Source: Proteobacteria bacterium ST_bin12 (GTDB taxonomy: Bacteria; Pseudomonadota; Gammaproteobacteria; Burkholderiales; Methylophilaceae). Taken from it: DNA of 64,000 bases. The stretch is taken from contig MSXP01000005.1 in assembly GCA_002083635.1 (NCBI GenBank), positions 344,592 through 408,591 of the forward strand, given 5' to 3'. The notes under the pieces were generated by a model. The model made no database searches and had not been told where the DNA came from. It saw only the letters and a list, made by a program, of their open reading frames with translations. Shown one piece after another: positions 1 through 9,278 of the stretch. Both the position numbers and the translations under genes were made by a program. Every line of letters starts with the position of its first letter. Position 1 is the first letter of the stretch.

Positions 1-2543
1 TATAGCAAATTGGCGCGCGGCACATGCGTTGTACACACAGGCTTGCACTTTCCGCAACGCAAACAATCACTTATATCATCTGCAATCTCGCCAATGGCTG
101 ATTGCTCCATGATGATAGATTCTTGCTCTAGTAATCCAAAGCTTGGCGTATAGGCATTCTCAAGGCCAGAACCAGCTAATAATTTACCTTTATTAAAGTG
201 CCCATTTGGGTCTACTTTATTTTTGTACGCGGTAAAGTTATCAATAGTGGCTTTGTCTAGGTATTCCATTTTGGTGATACCAATACCATGCTCACCTGAA
301 ATCACACCGTTTAGGCCTTTAGCCAGCGCCATCACGCGATCCACCGCCTCGTGTGCCTGTTTCATCATGCCGTAATCATCTGAGTTAACAGGGATATTGG
401 TGTGCACGTTACCGTCACCCGCATGCATATGCAAGGCAATAAAGACGCGGCTTTTCAGCACAGCTTTGTGGATTTCATCCAAGCGGGTCAAGATTTTTTG
501 GTATTCACGGCCAGCAAAAATCTCCGCCATCGGGCGTTTCAGTTCGCGCTTCCAAGAGATGCGCAAATCGTAAGATTGCACCGCACGGAAGACATTTTCG
601 TATTGCGTATGCGGCTTGCCTAACTCGCCTAATACGCTCACTGGCTCATCTAGCGTATTTAAAATTAAGCGCCATTTGGCACGCAAATCACGTAATAATT
701 GCAAGGCAATCAATTGCTTAGAATGCACCATTTCCGCATCGGCATTGCCATCTTCGTCAGCTTGCAGCGGCAACTCGGTCTGCATAAACGCCTCTAAGGC
801 ATCTACTAGTTTGAGCTTATTATCAATTGAAAGCTCAATATTAATGCGCTCAATACCATCAGAATAATCACCCAATTTAGGCAATGGAATCACAACGTCT
901 TCATTGATTTTAAAGGCATTGGTATGCTTGGCGATGGCAGCTGTACGCGCGCGATCTAGCCAGAATTTTTTGCGTGCTTCGCCTGAAACCGCAATAAAGC
1001 CTTCACCATTTTTGGCGTTACATATACGCACCATGGCAGATGCCACTTCACCTACGGCATTCTCATCATCAGAGGCAATATCTGCAATCAATACCATCTT
1101 AGGGCGCTGCTGTCTGGCCGCTTTGGTGGCATAGCCAACCGCCTTTATATAACGCTCATCCATATGCTCTAAGCCAGCCATAATTACCGCTGGCCCTGCA
1201 CCATTACTTAAGCCTTTGGCAGTCGCATCCAAATAATCTTTAATCTCAACAATCGCAGGTACCGCGTGTGATACATTGCCAAAAAATTCCAAGGCAATGG
1301 TGCGCACATATTTAGGCATGCGGTGCAGAATAAAGGTAGCGCTGGTAATCAAGCCATCGCAACCCTCTTTTTGAATGCCAGGCAAACCGCTTAAGAACTT
1401 GTCAGTTACGTCTTTACCTAAACCAACTTTTCTAAAGCTAGGGCCAGGTATGCTGATAATCTCAGGCTCACCAAGCTGCGTTTTCATATCAATATCAAAA
1501 CGGCTGATTTTGAAGCGCGCCATGGCTATATCGTGAATTTTGCCTAGGTTATGATCCAAACGCTCGACTTCAATCCAAGTTGCGTCTGGCGTTACCATGC
1601 GGTATGAAGCCAAGTTATCTAGCGCAGTGCCCCAAAGCACGGCTTTTTTTCCGCCTGCATTCATGGCCACATTGCCACCAATACAACTCGCATCTGCCGA
1701 TGTGGGGTCACAAGCAAATTCAAGACCTGCTTCCGTCGCTGCTTCCATCGCGCGACGCGTCACAACGCCTGCTCCGCATTCGATAGTAGCGACCTGCCTT
1801 GCTACACCCGGCAATGTGCGCATTTGCACGCCTGTATGACGGTCTAATTTTTCAGTATTAATCACCACAGATAGTGGCGTAAGCGGGATTGCACCACCTG
1901 TGTAGCCAGTTCCGCCTCCGCGTGGAATCACTGTTAAGCCCAGCTCAATACTGGCTTTAACCAAAGCGGCGATTTCGATTTCCGTATCAGGGTTGAGCAC
2001 CACAAACGGATATTCCACGCGCCAGTCGGTAGCATCGGTGACATGAGAAACGCGGGCTAAACCATCAAACTGAATATTATCTTTACGCGTGATTTTGCTA
2101 TATTTGCTCAAGGCTTTCTTGCGCAAATCATAGGTTTGGCGAAAATCTTCGGCAAATTTTTCTACGGCTTTTTTTGCAGCAACCACCAGCTTAACCACTT
2201 TATCATTGCCCGCACTGCGCTCATTTATGGCAGCAATACGGTGATAAAGCGCATCAATCAAGGCTTTGCGACGTTTTGGATTGTCTAGTAAATCGTCTTG
2301 CAGGTATGGATTGCGGCTAACTACCCATAAATCGCCCAGCACTTCAAATAACATACGTGCGCTGCGACCAGTTTTGCGCTCGCCACGTAACTCATTTAAA
2401 ACAGCCCAAATTTCTTCACCTAAAAACCGAATGACAATTTCGCGGTCTGAAAAAGAGGTGTAGTTATAAGGAATTTCACGCAAACGTGTAGCAGCTGGCG
2501 CTGGCTCGGTTTGTAAAATTTTGGCGGGTATGGGTGCGTTCAT
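1..2543 (-). CDS. FAD-linked oxidase / Fe-S fusion oxidoreductase with DUF3683-type N-terminus; partial, C-terminus runs off the left edge
   Basis: Missing from the ORF track because there is no stop in the window. My translation of the reverse strand from ATG 2543 stays open for 847 codons to position 1. It starts [40 protein letters not shown]-oxidase motifs are [46 protein letters not shown] and [25 protein letters not shown] cluster motif lies at the edge. Confidence 0.8.
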   Translation of the reverse strand, partial: MNAPIPAKILQTEPAPAATRLREIPYNYTSFSDREIVIRFLGEEIWAVLNELRGERKTGRSARMLFEVLGDLWVVSRNPYLQDDLLDNPKRRKALIDALYHRIAAINERSAGNDKVVKLVVAAKKAVEKFAEDFRQTYDLRKKALSKYSKITRKDNIQFDGLARVSHVTDATDWRVEYPFVVLNPDTEIEIAALVKASIELGLTVIPRGGGTGYTGGAIPLTPLSVVINTEKLDRHTGVQMRTLPGVARQVATIECGAGVVTRRAMEAATEAGLEFACDPTSADASCIGGNVAMNAGGKKAVLWGTALDNLASYRMVTPDATWIEVERLDHNLGKIHDIAMARFKISRFDIDMKTQLGEPEIISIPGPSFRKVGLGKDVTDKFLSGLPGIQKEGCDGLITSATFILHRMPKYVRTIALEFFGNVSHAVPAIVEIKDYLDATAKGLSNGAGPAVIMAGLEHMDERYIKAVGYATKAARQQRPKMVLIADIASDDENAVGEVASAMVRICNAKNGEGFIAVSGEARKKFWLDRARTAAIAKHTNAFKINEDVVIPLPKLGDYSDGIERINIELSIDNKLKLVDALEAFMQTELPLQADEDGNADAEMVHSKQLIALQLLRDLRAKWRLILNTLDEPVSVLGELGKPHTQYENVFRAVQSYDLRISWKRELKRPMAEIFAGREYQKILTRLDEIHKAVLKSRVFIALHMHAGDGNVHTNIPVNSDDYGMMKQAHEAVDRVMALAKGLNGVISGEHGIGITKMEYLDKATIDNFTAYKNKVDPNGHFNKGKLLAGSGLENAYTPSFGLLEQESIIMEQSAIGEIADDISDCLRCGKCKPVCTTHVPRANLL

Positions 2544-2696
2544 TTAAGCTTTAAAATTTAAACTGAATTCAATAGAAGATTATAACATGCTGTAGACCAG
2601 CAAATAACTGCATGCGTTCTATGGTTATTGCACTTAATTTTATTCAGTATTTTATTAAGCATTTCATTCTAAGATTTCACTAAAAAGCGGTAAAAT

Positions 2697-3200
2697 ATGG
2701 CTATGTCAACGGTTAAAAAATTACTCATCCCAATCGCCTTTTTGGCTTTATTGGTTTTTTTGGGCTTAAGCCTCAGCAATAAATCACAAGCACCTGATAT
2801 CACATTCACCACTATTGAAGGCAAAAAAATCAACATGGCTGATTTAAAAGGCAAAGTAGTGTTAATCAATTTTTGGGCCACAGATTGCCCAGGTTGCATC
2901 AAAGAAATGCCTGACTTAGTTAACACTTACAACACTTATAAATCTAAAGGTTTTGAAATCATCTCTGTGGCGATGCCCTACGACCCGCCAGCACAAGTAC
3001 TCAATTACACGCGCCAAAAGTCGCTACCTTTTCCTGTGATGCATGATGGATTTTCTGAAATGACACAGGCGTTTGGTGGCGTGAACTTAACGCCTACTGC
3101 TTTTATTTTTGATAAAAATGGCAATCGCTTGCAACGCACCATTGGCGAATTAGATTTTGCTAAATTACATCAACTACTGAATACAGAGCTGGCCAAATAA
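2697..3200 (+). CDS. TlpA/ResA-family thiol:disulfide oxidoreductase, membrane anchored
   Basis: 167 aa with an N-terminal hydrophobic anchor and the thioredoxin-fold motif NFWATDCPGC (CxxC). Confidence 0.8.
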   Translation: MAMSTVKKLLIPIAFLALLVFLGLSLSNKSQAPDITFTTIEGKKINMADLKGKVVLINFWATDCPGCIKEMPDLVNTYNTYKSKGFEIISVAMPYDPPAQVLNYTRQKSLPFPVMHDGFSEMTQAFGGVNLTPTAFIFDKNGNRLQRTIGELDFAKLHQLLNTELAK

Positions 3201-3610
3201 TGTTGTGGATTAAAGCGCTACACATTATTTTTGTTACCAGTTGGTTTGCAGGCTTATTTTATTTGCCGCGTTTATTTGTCAATCACGCCATGGTGATCGA
3301 TACAGCCACGCAAGAGCGACTGAGCTTAATGGAACATAAGTTGTATCGCTTTATGCTACCGCTGGCTGTGCTGGCTTTGGTATTTGGTTTATGGCTTTGG
3401 TTGGGTTATGGCATTAGTGGTGGCTGGATGCATGCCAAACTGCTGTTGGTCGCTGGTTTAATTGGCTATCATGTTTATTGTGGCAAATTGATGCGTGATT
3501 TTAAATCTGGCAAAAACACACATAGTCATGTGTGGTATCGCTGGTTTAATGAAGCGCCTGTATTAATACTATTTGCTGTAGTCATTTTAGTTGTTGTAAA
3601 GCCATTTTAA
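3200..3610 (+). CDS. hemJ: protoporphyrinogen IX oxidase HemJ
   Basis: 136 aa with 4 TM segments. The N-terminus MLWIKALHIIFVTSWFAGLFYLPRLFVNHA is typical of the HemJ family. Its start overlaps the upstream stop by 1 nt (TAATG). Confidence 0.8.
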   Translation: MLWIKALHIIFVTSWFAGLFYLPRLFVNHAMVIDTATQERLSLMEHKLYRFMLPLAVLALVFGLWLWLGYGISGGWMHAKLLLVAGLIGYHVYCGKLMRDFKSGKNTHSHVWYRWFNEAPVLILFAVVILVVVKPF

Positions 3611-3632
3611 TATTGAATCTACAAGGCTATTC

Positions 3633-4427
3633 ATGAATATTTTAGATGCAAATTTGCTGAACTCGGATTGGCTCATTTATATGCTAAAAAAATCCAGCAA
3701 TAAACCCAGCGCTCGACTATTAAGCCTTTTTGACATATTAGAAGATTGGCTAGACGCGCCAGTAATACATGAACAGTTGACCCAACAATCATTTGGTCAT
3801 GCTCAAGTCGTTAATCACAAATTACAAGATTTCTTGACATTAGAGGCCGCTAAGGCAGGTGCAGTAATGCCAGAAATGTTAGCCAGCCAGCTCTACTTTA
3901 TGGCGATTGCCGCTAGCCAAGAAAAATTGAATATAAACCCTGAATCTGAAGATCCGTTCGCGCACAGTTCAAGCTTAATGCATGCAAAAAGCGCAGCCAA
4001 AGCCCTCATTGCTGCACAAACCACCCCCGAGTATCGCATTAGCAAAACTTCAGCTTACGCAATTGCTGCCAGCTGTATGGGCGCTTTAGTTGTTGCGTGC
4101 AGCTTATTTATATTTAACCAAGCAAGCCCAAATATTGCGCCGCAAGTCGCCTATGTAGAGCCAGTAAGCGCCGAATCCAATGTGAGCTTGATTGCAAGCG
4201 CCGAACAAACCTCTGCTTTAATTGCCCAAATCAATCAAATGCGCAAAGGCAATTGCCAGCTAATTGAGGCATTACAACTGCCCGACTCATATAGAAAAGT
4301 GTATTTTGACAATATCGTGTCGGGGCAAATCTCAACGAATATACATGATCAAAAATTAGTACATGAGATTTTGCAGAAAGTGCGCTGTAATTACACGCCC
4401 ATGTTAATGGCTAACTCAGTTAATTAA
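3633..4427 (+). CDS. membrane-anchored protein; N-terminal ~125 aa resemble the C-terminal ligand/dimerisation domain of the adjacent TetR regulator but lack the HTH
   Basis: 264 aa. KPSARLLSLFDILEDWLDA, LASQLYFMAIAASQEKL and HAKSAAKALIAA align with KPADKIQYLFDYIEEWVNS, LALQLSLLFEGAAQAEQM and YAKKAAKILIDG of ORF 4585-5151. One TM segment (AYAIAASCMGALVVACSLFIF, about residues 141-161) is followed by a ~100-aa C-terminal domain. Confidence 0.6.
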   Translation: MNILDANLLNSDWLIYMLKKSSNKPSARLLSLFDILEDWLDAPVIHEQLTQQSFGHAQVVNHKLQDFLTLEAAKAGAVMPEMLASQLYFMAIAASQEKLNINPESEDPFAHSSSLMHAKSAAKALIAAQTTPEYRISKTSAYAIAASCMGALVVACSLFIFNQASPNIAPQVAYVEPVSAESNVSLIASAEQTSALIAQINQMRKGNCQLIEALQLPDSYRKVYFDNIVSGQISTNIHDQKLVHEILQKVRCNYTPMLMANSVN

Positions 4428-4548
4428 TTATCAGACTGCTACTGCATATACTTAACAGTATAAAATAGCCGAAAAATCATTATATTTCTCTATTTTAATT
4501 AATAGCTTACTAATAAATTGTGGCCAAAGATATTACCTTTCAGTCTAT

Positions 4549-4578
4549 TTACAAAGAGCATTAATCTCATGCTATACT
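4549..4578 (+). promoter_or_regulatory. candidate sigma-70 promoter of the TetR gene, giving a leaderless or near-leaderless mRNA
   Basis: TTACAA (4549-4554), 18-nt spacer, TATACT (4573-4578). The ATG at 4585 starts 7 nt after the -10 and no SD is present. Confidence 0.35.
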
Positions 4579-4584
4579 GATTTT

Positions 4585-5151
4585 ATGAGCGTGTTAAAAG
4601 ACAAAATTTTAGTAGTCGCCACTGATTTATTCCACACTAGAGGCATTAATTCTACTGGAGTCGATACCATTGTGGCTGTTGCTGGCACAACCAAAATGAC
4701 CTTGTACAAGTATTTCAACACCAAAGAACAGTTGATTATTGAGGTGCTGCAAAAAAGTCAGCAAGACTTTCAAGCTTGGTTAGATGAAAAGCTCAATGCC
4801 AACACCAAAAAACCTGCAGATAAAATCCAATATTTATTTGACTACATTGAAGAATGGGTTAATTCTTCTGCCTTTATTGGCGTTGGTTTTATTAAAGCGT
4901 CAGCTGAGTTCCCCAACGAAGAAAACGCGATTCATAAATTATCTTCACAGCAATCGCGTGAATTTAGGCAATTTATTAGCAAATTGGCGACCGAAGCGAA
5001 TATCAAAGATGCTGATGGTTTGGCATTGCAATTATCATTGTTATTTGAAGGTGCTGCCCAAGCAGAGCAAATGAAACGTGGTTCAGGTGCTATTAAATAT
5101 GCGAAAAAGGCCGCTAAAATCTTAATCGATGGCGCAATCAAACAGCCTTAA
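4585..5151 (+). CDS. TetR/AcrR family transcriptional regulator
   Basis: 188 aa with the N-terminal HTH signature LFHTRGINSTGVDTIVAVAGTTKMTLYKYFNTKEQL. Confidence 0.85.
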   Translation: MSVLKDKILVVATDLFHTRGINSTGVDTIVAVAGTTKMTLYKYFNTKEQLIIEVLQKSQQDFQAWLDEKLNANTKKPADKIQYLFDYIEEWVNSSAFIGVGFIKASAEFPNEENAIHKLSSQQSREFRQFISKLATEANIKDADGLALQLSLLFEGAAQAEQMKRGSGAIKYAKKAAKILIDGAIKQP

Positions 5152-5248
5152 CGCCAAAAATCTAACGCATTTAACAGGCTCTCAAAACATTACTTGCCTA
5201 GCACTGCCTTGCTCTAAGATAATGTCGTTTTAAAATATTGACATTATT

Positions 5249-6229
5249 ATGCATACTCTTATTTGTGGCTCACTTGCTTTCGACACCATTATGGTGTTTC
5301 AAGATCAATTCAAAAATCACATTCTGCCAGATAAAATTCACAAGCTCAGCGTTGCGTTTTATGTGCCAGAAATGCGCCGTGAGTTTGGCGGAACTGCGGG
5401 TAATATTGCCTATAACTTGCAATTGTTAGAGGGCAAGCCATTGATTATGGCAACTGTCGGTGAGGATTTTGGCAATTACACCAGTTGGCTCAATAAAAAT
5501 AAACTGAACACATCACACATTAAACAAATTGACGGTAGCTTTACTGCACAAGCTTTTATTACGACCGATATTGATGATAATCAAATCACCGCTTTTCACC
5601 CAGGCGCCATGGTGGAATCGCATCAAAATAGTGTGAAACACGCCAAGGAAGTGAGTTTGGCGATTATTGCGCCAGATGGCCGTGATGGCATGTTTGCGCA
5701 TGCTAAAGAATGTTTTGAGGCAGGCATTCCTTTTATGTTTGACCCTGGCCAAGGTTTACCGATGTTTAACGGTGAAGATTTATTGTATTTTATTGAGATG
5801 GCCACTTATTTAGCAGTAAACGACTATGAAGCGCAGGTTTTACAGGATAAAACAGGGTTAAGTTTAGACGCGTTGGCGCAAAAGGTAAAAGCACTAATTG
5901 TCACTTTGGGCGCGAGTGGTTCGCATATTTATGCTGATGGTCAACGCTTTGAGATTCCATGCGTTAAGGCAGATAAAGTCGTGGACCCAACTGGTTGCGG
6001 AGATGCTTATCGTGCTGGTTTGTTATATGGCATTGCCAACGGCTGGGATTGGGTAACTTGCGGCAGATTAGCTTCTACCATGGGCGCAATTAAAATTGCC
6101 AGCCGTGGTGGCCAAAATCATCGCCCATCCCGTGTAGAAATTGAAAACATTTATGCGCAAGCACTTATAGCTGAGGTTTCAGTTGAAAAGACAGTTTTAA
6201 CAGAGAAGTTGGATTCAACTCAGCATTAA
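5249..6229 (+). CDS. PfkB-family carbohydrate/nucleoside kinase (adenosine-kinase-like)
   Basis: 326 aa. Contains FGGTAGNIAYNL and the C-terminal PfkB signature DPTGCGDAYRAG. Confidence 0.8.
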   Translation: MHTLICGSLAFDTIMVFQDQFKNHILPDKIHKLSVAFYVPEMRREFGGTAGNIAYNLQLLEGKPLIMATVGEDFGNYTSWLNKNKLNTSHIKQIDGSFTAQAFITTDIDDNQITAFHPGAMVESHQNSVKHAKEVSLAIIAPDGRDGMFAHAKECFEAGIPFMFDPGQGLPMFNGEDLLYFIEMATYLAVNDYEAQVLQDKTGLSLDALAQKVKALIVTLGASGSHIYADGQRFEIPCVKADKVVDPTGCGDAYRAGLLYGIANGWDWVTCGRLASTMGAIKIASRGGQNHRPSRVEIENIYAQALIAEVSVEKTVLTEKLDSTQH

Positions 6230-6301
6230 TTCAATACACTGGGTACACATAATTAAGGTTCACTTAATTGTCAATTGTTAGATTATTTAAAGGAATAAAA
6301 A

Positions 6302-6757
6302 ATGACACGAATCTCAAAGTTGTTTGCAATAGTTTTGCTATCAATATTAACCGCGGCATGCGCTAGCTCCAATTCGGGTAGTGTATATAAGCGGGATGAT
6401 GCTAGAAAAGTGCAAACTGTTAAAACTGGCGTAGTAGAAAGTGTACGCACGGTTAAACTAGAAGGTACAAAATCGCCAATCGGCACAGTTGCTGGCGGCG
6501 CAATTGGCGGCATTGCGGGTAGCTCTGTAGGTGGCGGACGAGGAAGCGCAATTGCTGCAGTGATAGGCGCGGTTGTGGGTGGTCTTGCTGGCTCAGCGGC
6601 AGAAGAAGGCATTACCCGTAAAGATGGTCTTGAAATTACAGTTAAGCTAGATGGTGGTGCTCTGATTGCGATTGTGCAAGAAGCGGATGAGCAGTTTAGC
6701 CCAGGTGACAGAGTGCGTATTGTTGAAAATGCCGACACTTCACGTGTTAGTCACTAA
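6302..6757 (+). CDS. glycine-zipper outer-membrane lipoprotein (SlyB/Pcp-like)
   Basis: 151 aa with lipobox LTAAC and the glycine zipper GGAIGGIAGSSVGGGRGSAIAAVIGAVVGGLAGS. Confidence 0.75.
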   Translation: MTRISKLFAIVLLSILTAACASSNSGSVYKRDDARKVQTVKTGVVESVRTVKLEGTKSPIGTVAGGAIGGIAGSSVGGGRGSAIAAVIGAVVGGLAGSAAEEGITRKDGLEITVKLDGGALIAIVQEADEQFSPGDRVRIVENADTSRVSH

Positions 6758-6840
6758 AAGATATGCGCCGTTAATCTAGTGCTTGCATTGTGGCTGTCAT
6801 CATTTAGTCATCTAATTTTCATGATTCATTCATATTAAGC

Positions 6841-6877
6841 ACATAACATCTCTCAAAATATTGGAGAGATGTTATGT
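6841..6877 (+). promoter_or_regulatory. 14-bp perfect hairpin that sequesters the SD and ATG of the olsB-like gene
   Basis: ACATAACATCTCTC (6841-6854) pairs with GAGAGATGTTATGT (6864-6877), leaving a 9-nt loop AAAATATTG. The right arm contains the SD GGAGAG and the start codon at 6874-6876. Confidence 0.5.
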
Positions 6878-7635
6878 TTGATAATGAGTCAGTTCAACAG
6901 CTAGCAGCACAGCCAAGCAGTCAACAAAGAGGCTTAAGCATCAGTCTAGCCCGTAACCCAGCAGAAATAGCAGAAGCGCAACGCTTACGCTATAAAGTAT
7001 TTGCAGAAGAAATGGGTGCGCAAGTATCGGGCACTGGTGGTCTTGACATTGATGGCTTTGATGCGTTTTGTGAGCACTTACTGGTGCGCGAAACTGTGTC
7101 ACACCAAGTTATCGGCACGTACCGTATCTTAAGCCCACAAAAAGCCAACGAAGCTGGCGGTTATTATTCTGCTGGCGAATTTGACTTAACCCGTTTATCC
7201 CATCTATTTAATAGTACAGTTGAAGTCGGTCGTGCTTGCGTGCATCAAAATTACCGCAACGGCGGAACCATTACCATGCTCTGGGCAGGCTTAGCCAAAT
7301 ATATGCAAACACATAACTACGAATACATGATTGGTTGCGGCAGTGTTCCGATTAACGATGGTGGCCATATGGCAGCTAGCTTGTACAACAAGTTGAAAGA
7401 TGAATATTTATCACCTGCTGAGTACCGCGTTTTCCCACGGACACCATTGCCGATACATGCGCTTAATAAAGATGTACAGGTAGCATGTCCACCACTTATT
7501 AAGGGCTATTTGAGATTAGGTGCTTATATTTGTGGCGAGCCAGCATGGGATGCCTATTTCAATACAGCCGATATGCTGGTAATGTTACCGTTATCAAAAA
7601 TTAACGGACGATATGCTTCGCATTTCTTAAAATAA
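6874..7635 (+). CDS. olsB: GNAT-family lyso-ornithine-lipid synthase-like N-acyltransferase (OlsB-like, hemolysin-like family)
   Basis: 253 aa of the acyl-ACP-dependent GNAT type (EAQRLRYKVFAEEMG, YRILSP). It is directly followed by a PlsC-type acyltransferase, as in olsBA operons. Confidence 0.65.
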   Translation: MFDNESVQQLAAQPSSQQRGLSISLARNPAEIAEAQRLRYKVFAEEMGAQVSGTGGLDIDGFDAFCEHLLVRETVSHQVIGTYRILSPQKANEAGGYYSAGEFDLTRLSHLFNSTVEVGRACVHQNYRNGGTITMLWAGLAKYMQTHNYEYMIGCGSVPINDGGHMAASLYNKLKDEYLSPAEYRVFPRTPLPIHALNKDVQVACPPLIKGYLRLGAYICGEPAWDAYFNTADMLVMLPLSKINGRYASHFLK

Positions 7636-8382
7636 TTGGTTCAAGCCAGCTTAGTCACACAAATTTATCGCGTTACACGTGTTTTTTTACATACCCTTAT
7701 CGGCTTAATCATTGCGTCTGTATTTTTACCTTTTTTGAGTAAAAATACTAAATTAGCGTTGATAAAATGGTGGTGCGGGGGTTTGTTGCGCGCTTTTCAT
7801 ATCAAGGTAGTGACATTTGGCGAGTTGCCACCCGCCTCTACAAAAAGTGTTATGTTTGTGGCAAACCATATTTCATGGTCAGATATTCATGCTCTCAACA
7901 GCAAAATTGCTTTACGTTTTATTGCTAAATCTGAGATTAGAAGCTGGCCTGTATTTGGCTATTTAGTCGAAAAAGCCAATACCTTATTTATCGATAGAAG
8001 CAAAAGGCAAGAAGCGGGGAAGATTGTAGATATCACTGCAGCAAGCCTCATATCCGGTGATAATTTATGCTTTTTTCCCGAAGGCACAACAACTGATGGC
8101 CAGCAGGTGCTGCCATTTAAAGGCAGCGTTTTGCAAGCCGCTATTGCTGCTAATAGTCGCATATGGCCTGTCGCAATTCGCTACGTCAATATCGATGGTA
8201 GCATCAATACCAATATGGCTTACGCTGGCGAAACGAGTTTAATCGATTCGATGCATCTGGTAGTTAAACAAAAAAATGCAACTGTGGAGTTGCATTTCTT
8301 AAATCCGATTAATTCAACGGGCAAAGATAGGCGGCATTTAACGCAAGCTGCGTATGACGCAATTGTGACTAAATTAGCTTAA
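7636..8382 (+). CDS. olsA: lysophospholipid (PlsC-family) acyltransferase, OlsA-like
   Basis: 248 aa with a TTG start abutting the olsB stop. Contains the HX4D motif NHISWSD and the FPEGTT motif. Confidence 0.65.
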   Translation: MVQASLVTQIYRVTRVFLHTLIGLIIASVFLPFLSKNTKLALIKWWCGGLLRAFHIKVVTFGELPPASTKSVMFVANHISWSDIHALNSKIALRFIAKSEIRSWPVFGYLVEKANTLFIDRSKRQEAGKIVDITAASLISGDNLCFFPEGTTTDGQQVLPFKGSVLQAAIAANSRIWPVAIRYVNIDGSINTNMAYAGETSLIDSMHLVVKQKNATVELHFLNPINSTGKDRRHLTQAAYDAIVTKLA

Positions 8383-9210
8383 TACTGCATCCCATGCATC
8401 ATGCTGTACTTGCGTAATGACGCCCGTTTCTATGCAAATTGCACTTAATTGTCCACCCCATAAACAACCTGTGTCCAGGCTAATCACACTATTACGCTGA
8501 ACAATACCTAAAGCTGACCAATGCCCGCAGAAAATCCGAGTGCTGTCTGATTGGCGATTAGGGCTATCAAACCATGGGATGTAGCCTATAGGAATATGTT
8601 CAACTTTCCCTTTGAAAGCAAATTCCATTTCGCCACTCGCTTTGCAAATACGCATACGCGTCATAGCATTGGTAATGACCCTTAACCTATCCATACCAGC
8701 CAAATTATCTTGCCAATGGTTCGGTTCGTTGCCATACATATTCGCTAAAAAATAACGATAATCCTCTGCCTGTAATGCAGCGCCAACCTCTTGTGCATAA
8801 CCTAAAGCTAATTCTACAGTCCATTGTGGCAACAAGCCGGCATGCACAATGACATATTCAATCTGTCTTTCATCAGTGTCCGCAATCATCAGTGGCTGAT
8901 ACCGTAGCCAATCCAACAATTTATGCTTATCGGGAGCATCTATAATCGCTTGCAAAGTGTCACTTTTGTGTGCTTTTTTGAGCTCGTGTGCAACCGCAAG
9001 CGCATGCAAATCATGATTACCTAGCACAACCTTAACGGACGTCTGATGTTGATAACACCAACGCAACACTTCAAGTGAACCACTGCCGCGATTAATTAAA
9101 TCGCCAACCAAGCGCAGCTGATCATGCTGTGGGTTGAACGACAGGCGTGCTAATAATGCTTGAAAAGCGTGATAACAGCCTTGAATATCTCCGATTGCGT
9201 AAGTAGCCAT
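8374..9210 (-). CDS. apaH: bis(5'-nucleosyl)-tetraphosphatase, symmetrical (ApaH)
   Basis: 278 aa. Contains MATYAIGDIQGCY, GDLINRG and GNHD metallophosphatase motifs. The 3' end overlaps the convergent olsA by 9 nt. Confidence 0.9.
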   Translation of the reverse strand: MATYAIGDIQGCYHAFQALLARLSFNPQHDQLRLVGDLINRGSGSLEVLRWCYQHQTSVKVVLGNHDLHALAVAHELKKAHKSDTLQAIIDAPDKHKLLDWLRYQPLMIADTDERQIEYVIVHAGLLPQWTVELALGYAQEVGAALQAEDYRYFLANMYGNEPNHWQDNLAGMDRLRVITNAMTRMRICKASGEMEFAFKGKVEHIPIGYIPWFDSPNRQSDSTRIFCGHWSALGIVQRNSVISLDTGCLWGGQLSAICIETGVITQVQHDAWDAVLS

Positions 9211-9227
9211 ATATTGGTTTAATAAAC

Positions 9228-9261
9228 AAAAAAGCCGCTGATGTTAGTTAGCGGCTTTTTT
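9228..9261 (-). terminator. intrinsic terminator after the cytochrome c gene (bidirectional shape)
   Basis: AGCCGCT (9233-9239) pairs with AGCGGCT (9250-9256), with A and T runs flanking on both sides. Confidence 0.75.
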
Positions 9262-9278
9262 ATTCGAAAAAAAATCGA

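Noticed and set aside
402-2463. Six plus-strand ORFs of 65-83 aa listed in the track (402-623, 616-867, 904-1134, 1580-1786, 1597-1839, 2266-2463).
   Set aside because: All of them lie antisense to a continuous 847-codon minus-strand frame with clear FAD-oxidase motifs. Their translations are low-complexity and show no motifs, so they are shadow ORFs.
6283-6738. A 151-aa minus-strand ORF almost exactly antisense to the glycine-zipper lipoprotein gene.
   Set aside because: It is the Pro/Ala/Ser-rich mirror of GGN/GCN codons. The plus-strand product has a lipobox and a glycine zipper, while the antisense frame has no start context or motif.
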